Shown: positions 16,632 to 24,255 of the stretch, piece after piece
Numbering within the stretch: the stretch's first letter is position 1
How the letters are laid out: the number at the start of each line of letters is the position of its first letter
Origin: Alphaproteobacteria bacterium
Lineage (GTDB): Bacteria; Pseudomonadota; Alphaproteobacteria; Rhizobiales; JAJRRF01
Assembly: GCA_024279735.1 (NCBI GenBank)
Contig: JAJRRF010000166.1
Coordinates: forward strand, 1 to 47,806
DNA: 47,806 bases
Reading direction: 5' to 3'
Notes under the pieces: model-generated
Seen by the model: only the letters and a program-made list of their open reading frames with translations
Databases searched by the model: none
What the model was told of the DNA's origin: nothing
Program-made: the position numbers and the translations under genes

Positions 16632-17516
16632 ATGTCAGACGAAGCCATAAATTGGTTTGTAGAAGAGCAAAGTGCTGAAGTGATCCGCCGTTATCAAAAT
16701 GGCGGAAATTTTATGGCAGGCACGCACCGTAAGGTCAAGTCTATTGATGGCAAGAGCCTGACCCTCCGCAATATTGGAAAACTGAAAGTGCGCCCCTTGG
16801 TGCGCAAAGGCAAGGCCGCCCCGCAAAATGCAGAGATGGGCACAATCACCCTGGAGACCCAGGCCAGTCAGATTTTTTACCTGTTGTCGGAAGATGATAC
16901 CGAGCAGATGACACCAGAGGATAAAGACTCTTTATCCCAAGAAAGTGCCGATGCTTTTGGCCGTGAAAAAGACCGTATTTGTTACACCGCATTAGACCAA
17001 GGCGCAGGTCAGTATGGCACTATTATTGGCGATGGCAATCAACCACTGACAGCAGATATGGCTTTGGAGGCCTGTGATGCCATGCAGGACAAGGATGTGC
17101 CTTGGGACGGTAATGTGTTTTGCCCCTTGCCATCACGTCAATGGAATAACTTGCTGACCCATAAGGCTTTTATAGAGGCTGATTATGTTGGGCCTGACCT
17201 GCCATTTGCCAAAAAAATGACCAAAAAAACCTGGAATGGCGTGCATTGGATGATGGCTTATAATGACCTGTTTCCCCGTCTCGGGATGCCCAAGCGCGTC
17301 AAGGGCACATTAAACGCCAAAGATCGTTTCTACATGTATCACTATTCTGCCCTGGCCAGCGGTGATGTCTATGATATTCGCTCTAATACTGTTTGGGACA
17401 ATGACCGCACCGCTTATACCGTCAATAGCCGTATGCGGATGGGGGCAGAGGTGCTGGACAAAGAAGGCGTGGTTGAGTTTTTGGTCAAGGGCAATGCGCC
17501 CCTGGCATTTGCATAA
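16632..17516 (+). CDS. major capsid protein
   Basis: 294 aa, in the expected position after the scaffold. The strong expression context and size are consistent with an HK97-fold capsid. No search was possible. Confidence 0.7.
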   Translation: MSDEAINWFVEEQSAEVIRRYQNGGNFMAGTHRKVKSIDGKSLTLRNIGKLKVRPLVRKGKAAPQNAEMGTITLETQASQIFYLLSEDDTEQMTPEDKDSLSQESADAFGREKDRICYTALDQGAGQYGTIIGDGNQPLTADMALEACDAMQDKDVPWDGNVFCPLPSRQWNNLLTHKAFIEADYVGPDLPFAKKMTKKTWNGVHWMMAYNDLFPRLGMPKRVKGTLNAKDRFYMYHYSALASGDVYDIRSNTVWDNDRTAYTVNSRMRMGAEVLDKEGVVEFLVKGNAPLAFA

Positions 17517-17534
17517 TAAATTAAGGGTATCGTT

Positions 17535-17807
17535 ATGGCAGCACTGATAAAAAATGATAGCCGCATGAACCGTATGGGGGATGGCGGGTCACTGCCCAAC
17601 CGTTCGGTCATGTGCATTTGGCACTTGGCAACAGATGATAGTATCGTCCATGTCGAGGCCGACGGTTATTTTGATAATTTTGCAGACGTTCTGGAAATTG
17701 GTGAGCCAATTATGGCCTCAATGGCTGTTGGTTCTGACCCTGTTCTCAAATTTTACATTGTCGCAACCAATGACGGCCAAGCTGTTACGATCAGTGCTGC
17801 TGAGTGA
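17535..17807 (+). CDS. hypothetical virion-module protein (90 aa)
   Basis: ORF between the capsid and adaptor genes. Confidence 0.5.
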   Translation: MAALIKNDSRMNRMGDGGSLPNRSVMCIWHLATDDSIVHVEADGYFDNFADVLEIGEPIMASMAVGSDPVLKFYIVATNDGQAVTISAAE

Positions 17808-17858
17808 TAATAGTTTGGAGTTATTGCGAGGAATGGCCTTGGCGGCCTTGGAGCGTGA

Positions 17859-18476
17859 ATGATAAGAATTGACATATGCAACCAGGCACTTAGCCGCATT
17901 GGTCTTGAACCCATTGCGTCCGAGGGGGCGGACGGCGCGGACACCATCATAAATATTTATGATGGTGTTTGTGCGAATCTGATCTCGCTGTATGATTGGC
18001 ATTTCTGCCAAGGCCTCGCCCGGCTGCCCAAATTGTCTTTGCCGCCGCAAGACCAGCGACAAGAGCAGCAATATAAATATGCCTTTAAACTGCCTCCTGA
18101 CAGGGTAGGGCCGCCAACAACGGTCTATGATGAAAAGTCCTGCAATGTCCCCCTAAAATGCTTTGCCTTGCGGGAAGCAGATATTTGGGCAGACGCGGAA
18201 GAACTCTGGATTGAATATGTCCATTTGCCTAATCCGCTGAATTGGCCAGGCTATTTTACAGAAATGGTGCTGACGGCGATGATGTCAGAAATTGCCCTGT
18301 CGGTACGTGAAGATAAATCACTGTCACAAATGCACTATCAAAAAGCCTTTGGCAGTCCAAGGGAAGGCGGCATGGGCGGCTTGTTTGAAACAGCCAGAAG
18401 CCGCGAAGCCAGCTCAAAACCAAGCAAAGCTTTTGGCAGGCAAGACAGTATGTTGCTCAGGGCCAGACGTTTTTAA
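17859..18476 (+). CDS. T7 gp11-like tail tubular protein A (adaptor)
   Basis: 205 aa. The N-terminus ICNQALSRIGLEPIASEGADGADTIINIYDGV...LYDWHF parallels the T7 gp11 N-terminal pattern as I remember it (ILASIGEPPVSTLEGD...AN..RIL...SRGWTF). Confidence 0.6.
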   Translation: MIRIDICNQALSRIGLEPIASEGADGADTIINIYDGVCANLISLYDWHFCQGLARLPKLSLPPQDQRQEQQYKYAFKLPPDRVGPPTTVYDEKSCNVPLKCFALREADIWADAEELWIEYVHLPNPLNWPGYFTEMVLTAMMSEIALSVREDKSLSQMHYQKAFGSPREGGMGGLFETARSREASSKPSKAFGRQDSMLLRARRF

Positions 18477-18488
18477 GTGCTAACACCA

Positions 18489-18609
18489 ATCAAGCCGAAA
18501 GGGATCAATGTGCCCTACAAAGCGCGGACATCCCCAACAGGTAAAAAATAGCGGCTTGGTACAAAAGCCCGCGCCTTGAGGCGCGACAAGCAAAGCGAGG
18601 AGTTCAATA
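18489..18609 (+). repeat. conserved intercistronic element, copy 3
   Basis: CAAGCCGAAAGGGATCAA...CATCCCCAACAGGTA...AGCGGCTTGGTACAAAAGCCCGCGCCTTGAGGCGCGACAAGCAAAGCGAGGAGTTCAATAATG. Confidence 0.85.
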
Positions 18610-20742
18610 ATGCCCGAAGTACGTAATGCTTTGACATCAGGCGTTTTAGACCCGCTGCTTAAAGATCGGTATGATCTGAAGCAATATAATGCGGGTCTTG
18701 AAACAGGCGTGAATATTGAGTTCCTGCCTCAGGGCGGGGTGCGCAATCGCGCAGGTCATGCCCATAAGCATATTTTTAGAAATGTTTTGCAGGCTCTGAA
18801 TGTCAATACGCCGTTGCTGACAAAATCGCCCGCAAACCTGCCTAATATATTTGCCCAGTTTGACCAGGGTTTAGTCCAGTCTGTCGCCAGTTTTGATATT
18901 TTTGGCTTTTATGCCGCGCCAGAACAAGCCGCGCAAAGCGCGGATGCGCCAGCAGAAGAAACAGCAGAAGAAAAACTAAAGCGTGAAGAAGCAGAAGCCA
19001 AAGCAGCAAGAGATCTCGCCAGGCGCAACGGCAAGCCCGTTTGTAAAATTAAGTTAGAATATAGTCTGGATAATGCAAGCTGGACGCAATTAGGCGTTGC
19101 CCACGATCTAACTCGAACGCCCCGCACACGCCGTTTTGCTCAGCAAACAGGCACTGTGCAGGCGCGCTATTGGCGTATAACTGTGTTTGATTTAGTTGGT
19201 GCGACTGATCTTGGTGAAATAAAAATTGAACGCCTCAAAATGTGGTCTGAAACACAGACAGTCAGCCCTGTCAAACTGATGAATAATGGGGTTTATACCC
19301 TGGCAATTACGGCTCAAAATATAGATATTTTTAAAAATGGCAACTGGCAAACCTCAGTGCCAGGGGATGCAACGTCTAACCAGTTGCCAATGGTCACGCA
19401 TACTCAAGAATCCGCGACCGTGCTGCTATTCCATCCTGATATTCGCCCTGTGCGTTTGAAACGGCAAGGCAGGGATAACAGTTGGAACCATGATTTTCCT
19501 GTTCTTGAAAATGTGCCTGATGACGTAATGGATGCTGCTTTAGGCTGGCCAAGATGCGGCGTGTTCTACCAGTCGCGCCTAATCTTAGCAGGATTTAAAG
19601 CCGCGCCAGATGTGATCCTGTTTAGCGTCAATGGCGATATTTTTAATTTCAACAAGGGCGAGGGCGACCTGGCAACAGACGCGATGCAATACCGCGTTGA
19701 TGCGGGTTTTCCGCAAATTATTTACCGCATTTTTGTTGGCCGCCACCTGCAATTTTTTACCGACCAGGCCGAGTGGTTTATTGAAGCCAGAACAGTCGAT
19801 GCCACCAAGCCGCTAAACGTCGTACTTGCCACCCGCCACGGCATTAGGCCAGGGGCAGGGGTGCATTTTATCGAAGGCTCAACCGTTTTTGTGCAAAAAA
19901 CAGGCACGGTGTTGCGTGATTTTTTATTCAGTGACGCAGAACTGTCTTACAAAGCAGAGGCCATCACCTTGCTGGCCAGCCACCTGCTGACCAATGTGGT
20001 AGACATTGCCGTCAGGCGGGCGGCGGAAACCAGTGAGGGTAATCTGGTATTCCTGATAAACGCAGATGGCAGCATGACCTTGCTGACATTGTTGCGCTCT
20101 CAATCTGTGGTTGCCGCCGCGCAATGCATCACAGACGGCGATTATCTGGCGGCGGATGTCGATGATAATGATGAGGTCTGGCTGGCGGTGCGCCGCAATG
20201 GCCAGGTCTGCCTGGAGCATTGGGACACAGAAAGTTTGCTGGACGGCGCAAAACATTTTTATTTTGCCAATCCAACCCAAGTCATATCTGGCCTGGAGCA
20301 TTTGGAAGGCAAGACGGTTTGGGCGGTGGCAGACGGCAACCCCTGGGGACCTGATATTGTTCAAAATGGCCAGATTATTCTGGACAAGCCAGCCAGCCAA
20401 GTGGAAGTCGGCCTGTTGCCAGAGCTAAAAATACGACCGATGCCGATGGTGCAACGCACCAGGGACGGCGATGTAGTGCGGCGCAAACGGCGCATTCATA
20501 CGGTCTGGCTCTCACTGATAAAGACAGGTGATTTGCAGCTATCAGCCAATGACGGCCCCGCGCGGCCTGTGCCATTACGCAGTTTTGGCGACAGGGTTCT
20601 TGATATGCCGATGATGGGCGATTTATTTACAGGCGAAAAACGCCTGCAAAACCGCAAGGGGTGCGGCTATCACCCCACAATAGAACTCACCCGAACCGTC
20701 CCGGCCCCCGTGCTGGTACGCTCAATTTTAATGGAGACGTAA
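18610..20742 (+). CDS. T7 gp12-like tail tubular protein B (nozzle)
   Basis: 710 aa, directly after the gp11-like gene. The call rests on size and synteny. An inserted Ala/Glu/Lys-rich coil is followed by a segment ending ARYWRITVFD. Confidence 0.6.
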   Translation: MPEVRNALTSGVLDPLLKDRYDLKQYNAGLETGVNIEFLPQGGVRNRAGHAHKHIFRNVLQALNVNTPLLTKSPANLPNIFAQFDQGLVQSVASFDIFGFYAAPEQAAQSADAPAEETAEEKLKREEAEAKAARDLARRNGKPVCKIKLEYSLDNASWTQLGVAHDLTRTPRTRRFAQQTGTVQARYWRITVFDLVGATDLGEIKIERLKMWSETQTVSPVKLMNNGVYTLAITAQNIDIFKNGNWQTSVPGDATSNQLPMVTHTQESATVLLFHPDIRPVRLKRQGRDNSWNHDFPVLENVPDDVMDAALGWPRCGVFYQSRLILAGFKAAPDVILFSVNGDIFNFNKGEGDLATDAMQYRVDAGFPQIIYRIFVGRHLQFFTDQAEWFIEARTVDATKPLNVVLATRHGIRPGAGVHFIEGSTVFVQKTGTVLRDFLFSDAELSYKAEAITLLASHLLTNVVDIAVRRAAETSEGNLVFLINADGSMTLLTLLRSQSVVAAAQCITDGDYLAADVDDNDEVWLAVRRNGQVCLEHWDTESLLDGAKHFYFANPTQVISGLEHLEGKTVWAVADGNPWGPDIVQNGQIILDKPASQVEVGLLPELKIRPMPMVQRTRDGDVVRRKRRIHTVWLSLIKTGDLQLSANDGPARPVPLRSFGDRVLDMPMMGDLFTGEKRLQNRKGCGYHPTIELTRTVPAPVLVRSILMET

Positions 20743-20745
20743 AAA

Positions 20746-21174
20746 ATGGTAGACGAAACACCTAAACAAGGAAAGCCAACAATAAGAGAGTTGGAAATTG
20801 GAACACAAATGTTCACTAAAGTGATCGCACTTGATGAGCCTTCAAATGGTGGGGCTTCGCATTTATATGTAACGATTCCTGCTGGTTTTGATCTAACAGA
20901 TGCAAACAATGCTATTCCTGCTGTCGTTAGAAATAATGCAATTTGTGAAATACATTTTCAGCAAGGCCCTACAAAAGAAGTGGGTTTAAATGGTGTGCAT
21001 CATGATGATCTTTTGGCCATGATTATTGATAGAATTCAGGGCTTTCAATCTGGGGATTTTAAATGCCGTGAAAATGCTATTGCTATCACAAAATTGGAAG
21101 AGGCTAAGCATTGGCTTGATCATAGGGCAAATAATCGCAAGAAGCGAGGTGTACTAAGTACAAGCAAAATTTGA
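20746..21174 (+). CDS. A+T-rich accessory ORF (142 aa, moron)
   Basis: Intact ORF 3 nt after the nozzle gene stop. Line 20761-20820 is 21/60 G+C by hand count, against about 50-65% in its neighbours. The C-terminal helical motif is FKCRENAIAITKLEEAKHWLDHRANNRKKRGV. Confidence 0.65.
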   Translation: MVDETPKQGKPTIRELEIGTQMFTKVIALDEPSNGGASHLYVTIPAGFDLTDANNAIPAVVRNNAICEIHFQQGPTKEVGLNGVHHDDLLAMIIDRIQGFQSGDFKCRENAIAITKLEEAKHWLDHRANNRKKRGVLSTSKI

Positions 21175-21287
21175 GCCGAAAGGGATCAATGTGAATCAAG
21201 TGATGACCATCCCCAACGGGCAGGCCATAGCGGCTTGAAACCAAAGCCTGCGCCTGAAGGCGAGACGAGCAAAGCGAGGATTTAAAA
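21171..21287 (+). repeat. conserved intercistronic element, copy 4
   Basis: TTGAGCCGAAAGGGATCAA...CATCCCCAACGGGCA...AGCGGCTTGAAACCAAAGCCTGCGCCTGAAGGCGAGACGAGCAAAGCGAGGATTTAAAAATG. The TGA stop of the moron lies inside its first bases. Confidence 0.85.
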
Positions 21288-21800
21288 ATGGCTTCAATGG
21301 TGATGGGTCTGTTTACAGCAATGGGCACGGGGGGCGGTCTGCTGGCAACAGGCAGCGCGGCCCTTACAGGTATGCAAGGGCTGATGACCGCTGGCAGTGT
21401 TTTGTCGTCTGTGGTCGGCGGTATCTCTGCCTATAATACAGGGCAGACCCAGCAAGAATGGGCAAACCTCAATGCGCAAGGCGAGGAGCTGAAAAGCCGT
21501 GATGCCGCCGTTGGCATTCGTAAAGACATGCTCCGCAATCTGGCCAGCCAGCGGGTTGCCTTTGCAGGCAGCGGCGTTGATATTAGCTATGGCACGCCCG
21601 AAACGCTCTATCAAGATACCCTCAATGATGGCCAATATAATATTGACATGACCATGAATAACGGCGCAATCGCAGCCGCTGGCCAACGTTATCGCGGCCA
21701 ACAAGCCGCCAATCGCGGCGCGCTTAGTGCATTGCGCTACGGCGTGAAAGGAGTCAGCACCGCAGGCCGTTATCTGACAGATATTAGCAGAAGGGGATAG
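21288..21800 (+). CDS. gp14-like internal virion protein
   Basis: 170 aa with a Gly/Ala-rich hydrophobic N-terminus (GLFTAMGTGGGLLATGSAALTG). Lies before the gp15/gp16-like genes. Confidence 0.55.
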   Translation: MASMVMGLFTAMGTGGGLLATGSAALTGMQGLMTAGSVLSSVVGGISAYNTGQTQQEWANLNAQGEELKSRDAAVGIRKDMLRNLASQRVAFAGSGVDISYGTPETLYQDTLNDGQYNIDMTMNNGAIAAAGQRYRGQQAANRGALSALRYGVKGVSTAGRYLTDISRRG

Positions 21801-21872
21801 GATGTTTTTTTTAAGTGCTGAATGGCGCACGGCCTTTCGCCCTAATGGGCGGGGCAACGCGAGGAACAAACA

Positions 21873-22000
21873 ATTGAGCCGTGCGGGACAAAAGCCCACA
21901 GATTGCAAGGTCATCCCCAACGGGCAAGGGCTATGCGGCTTGATACCAAAACCCACGCCGCAAAGGCGAGACGCCCCCTTACAGGGGGAGGATTGTTAAT
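21873..22000 (+). repeat. conserved intercistronic element, copy 5
   Basis: TTGAGCCGTGCGGGACAA...CATCCCCAACGGGCA...TGCGGCTTGATACCAAAACCCACGCCGCAAAGGCGAGACGCCCCCTTACAGGGGGAGGATTGTTAATATG. Confidence 0.85.
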
Positions 22001-24241
22001 ATGCCAGCAAACACCAACCGCCGTCCCGTCCAGATGCCTTTGGCAAATGATACCCGCACGGTTGCGCCAACCGCCAGTCTTGACCCAGGCGGCCATGATA
22101 TTGGGGCAGGGGCATTGTTTGACGATCTTGCGCGCGGCTTTGACCGCCAGGCCAGCCAGCTTGGCCAGTTGGCAGACAAGGCCGCACAAACAGAGGGCTA
22201 TGAAAGCGGCCTGACCGCTGGCATGGATAACGAATTTAGGCCGCGCCGTGATAATACTATTCGCGGCAATGCCTTTGATATGGCAGGCATAAAGACCGCT
22301 GGCAACCGCCTGCGCTCAGGGATGCGCAATGATCTTGCGGCGGCGTTTGAAAAATACGGCGATGATCCTGCGGCGCTCAAAAAAGCCCTGTCAGGGGCAG
22401 CCAAAGGCTATATTGGCCAGGCCAATAAAATTGACAAACGCCTTGGGGCAGATTTACAGGGCAGCTATAGCAGCGCGTCCCATACCTTTATGCGCCGTGC
22501 CACCCGCAGGCAGGTCAAGCGCGTCAATGCCCAATATCTGCAAAGCACCAAGGCTGATCTGACCGACCGCGTCAAGACGATGGAACAGGATGCCTATTAT
22601 ATTGGCCTTGATCCTGTGGCTTCAGACTATATGGCGTCAGACTATAGCGCGGTGCAAGCCTCGCTCCAGGCCAGAACCGTAGACGGCAAGCCGCTTTTCA
22701 CACCAAAGCAGCAGCAAAAGCAGCTCAAAGGTCTGAAGGACAATATCACCATTGCCCGCATTTCTGGCACGTTTGAGCGGCTGGAAGGGCTGGAGGCCAA
22801 GGAAAAATTTGTCCAGGATTTGGAAAGCCAGTGGCAAGACAGCAAGGGAATAGCCGCAAGTTTTGACCGTGACGGCCTCGACAAGCTAAAATTGCGCCTG
22901 GGCAAGCATTTGAAACAGGAACAGTCAGGCCGCAAGGTGGCGGTCAAAGCCCTGGAAGGGCAAGTTAAAAAATTTCAAAAACTGGTTGAGTCTGGTCATA
23001 ACCTCAATGTTGAGGATATGGGGCGTTTTGAACTGGACTGGGCCACCAACGCAGACCCAGAGGTGTATCAAAAATATGAAAAAATCAACCGTCTTAACAA
23101 TTTCCAGCAATCCTTCAAGATGCAACATCCAGGCAAAATGGCAGGGATGCTGGAACAGAAGCGGGCGAAACTGGCTCAAGACACAGGGCTTGGCACAGAG
23201 GAACGCCTGCAACTATCCGATGAGCTGGATATGGGCGAAAAAATCCTGGCAACCGTGCGCCAGGAGCTAAAGACCGACCCGCTTAAATGGGCAGCCAAGA
23301 CAGGCCGTTATGCTATTGAACCGCTTGACCGGCAGAATTTTCAGGCCAGCCTGGAAAACCGCATTGCCACGGCTATCACCATTGGCGATGATTTTAATAT
23401 TACCCCGCCTTACTTAAATCCTGCCGAAAAGCAACAAATGTTGGCTTCAGCTTATGACGGCGGTGAGCAGTTTGTCGCCTTGCTTGGCAATATCACCGAA
23501 GCGGCGGGAAGTCATAGCCAGGCGATTTTGGCGCAAGTGTTTGACAAGTCACCAATGCTGGCACAGCTTGGGGCAATGGCACAAAATGCAGCCACCCCTG
23601 ACATGGTGGCGCAAATTGCAGACCATATCAAGCGGCGACGCAGTGGCAAGGAGTATATGGGGGCTGCCTTGTCACAAAAAAAGGCCAAGGAATTTTATGC
23701 CAGCTCAGGTTATGAGTCACTTTTGCGCGGACGGGGAAAAACGCAGGATAGCATAATGGCACTGGCTGGTGCGATTGCTGAAATAAGCGCGAACACAACA
23801 GGCAGGACGGAAGTGGATGAGGCTGATTTTCACAAGGCGATGCGGATAGCCCTTGGGGAGCAGGTGATAAATGGCAAGACTTTTGGAGGTATTCACACAG
23901 AAGACGGTGGCTATCTCTGGGGCAAAGCCAGCCAGACCATCATTCCGCCTTTTGTTGAGGCAAAGCAGTTCAGGCCGTTGGTTGAGGCTATGCGTGATGA
24001 GGATTTGACCAAGCTAGGCAATCCAAAGCATGGCAATGGCACAGCGGCTACGGCGGCTGAAATTAAAGACGGCCAGCTGCATTATATTGGCGATGGTAAA
24101 TACCAGCTTGAAACAGCCCAAGGCTTTTTGGCAGGGGCAGATGGTGGCCGTTGGGTACTCGACTATAAAGCGATGATGCAACTCACAAGCAAGCGGCAAA
24201 GCGCGGGTTTGCCTTTGATGATGCCCTTTCTTCCCTTTTAG
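22001..24241 (+). CDS. gp15-like internal virion (ejectosome) protein
   Basis: 746 aa (T7 gp15 is about 747 aa from memory). Largely helical sequence, positioned between the gp14-like and gp16-like genes. Confidence 0.55.
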   Translation: MPANTNRRPVQMPLANDTRTVAPTASLDPGGHDIGAGALFDDLARGFDRQASQLGQLADKAAQTEGYESGLTAGMDNEFRPRRDNTIRGNAFDMAGIKTAGNRLRSGMRNDLAAAFEKYGDDPAALKKALSGAAKGYIGQANKIDKRLGADLQGSYSSASHTFMRRATRRQVKRVNAQYLQSTKADLTDRVKTMEQDAYYIGLDPVASDYMASDYSAVQASLQARTVDGKPLFTPKQQQKQLKGLKDNITIARISGTFERLEGLEAKEKFVQDLESQWQDSKGIAASFDRDGLDKLKLRLGKHLKQEQSGRKVAVKALEGQVKKFQKLVESGHNLNVEDMGRFELDWATNADPEVYQKYEKINRLNNFQQSFKMQHPGKMAGMLEQKRAKLAQDTGLGTEERLQLSDELDMGEKILATVRQELKTDPLKWAAKTGRYAIEPLDRQNFQASLENRIATAITIGDDFNITPPYLNPAEKQQMLASAYDGGEQFVALLGNITEAAGSHSQAILAQVFDKSPMLAQLGAMAQNAATPDMVAQIADHIKRRRSGKEYMGAALSQKKAKEFYASSGYESLLRGRGKTQDSIMALAGAIAEISANTTGRTEVDEADFHKAMRIALGEQVINGKTFGGIHTEDGGYLWGKASQTIIPPFVEAKQFRPLVEAMRDEDLTKLGNPKHGNGTAATAAEIKDGQLHYIGDGKYQLETAQGFLAGADGGRWVLDYKAMMQLTSKRQSAGLPLMMPFLPF

Positions 24242-24255
24242 TTACAGGATAAAAT

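Noticed and set aside
21294-22214. ORFs 21294-21956(-), 21802-21999(+) and 21903-22214(+) as real genes, or the repeat element as encoding a peptide (IPNGQGLCGL / HPQRA...)
   Set aside because: These ORFs run through intercistronic element copy 5. Across the five copies, single-nt indels shift the frame and stops differ, so no peptide is conserved. The 220-aa minus ORF is antisense to the SD-led gp14-like gene.
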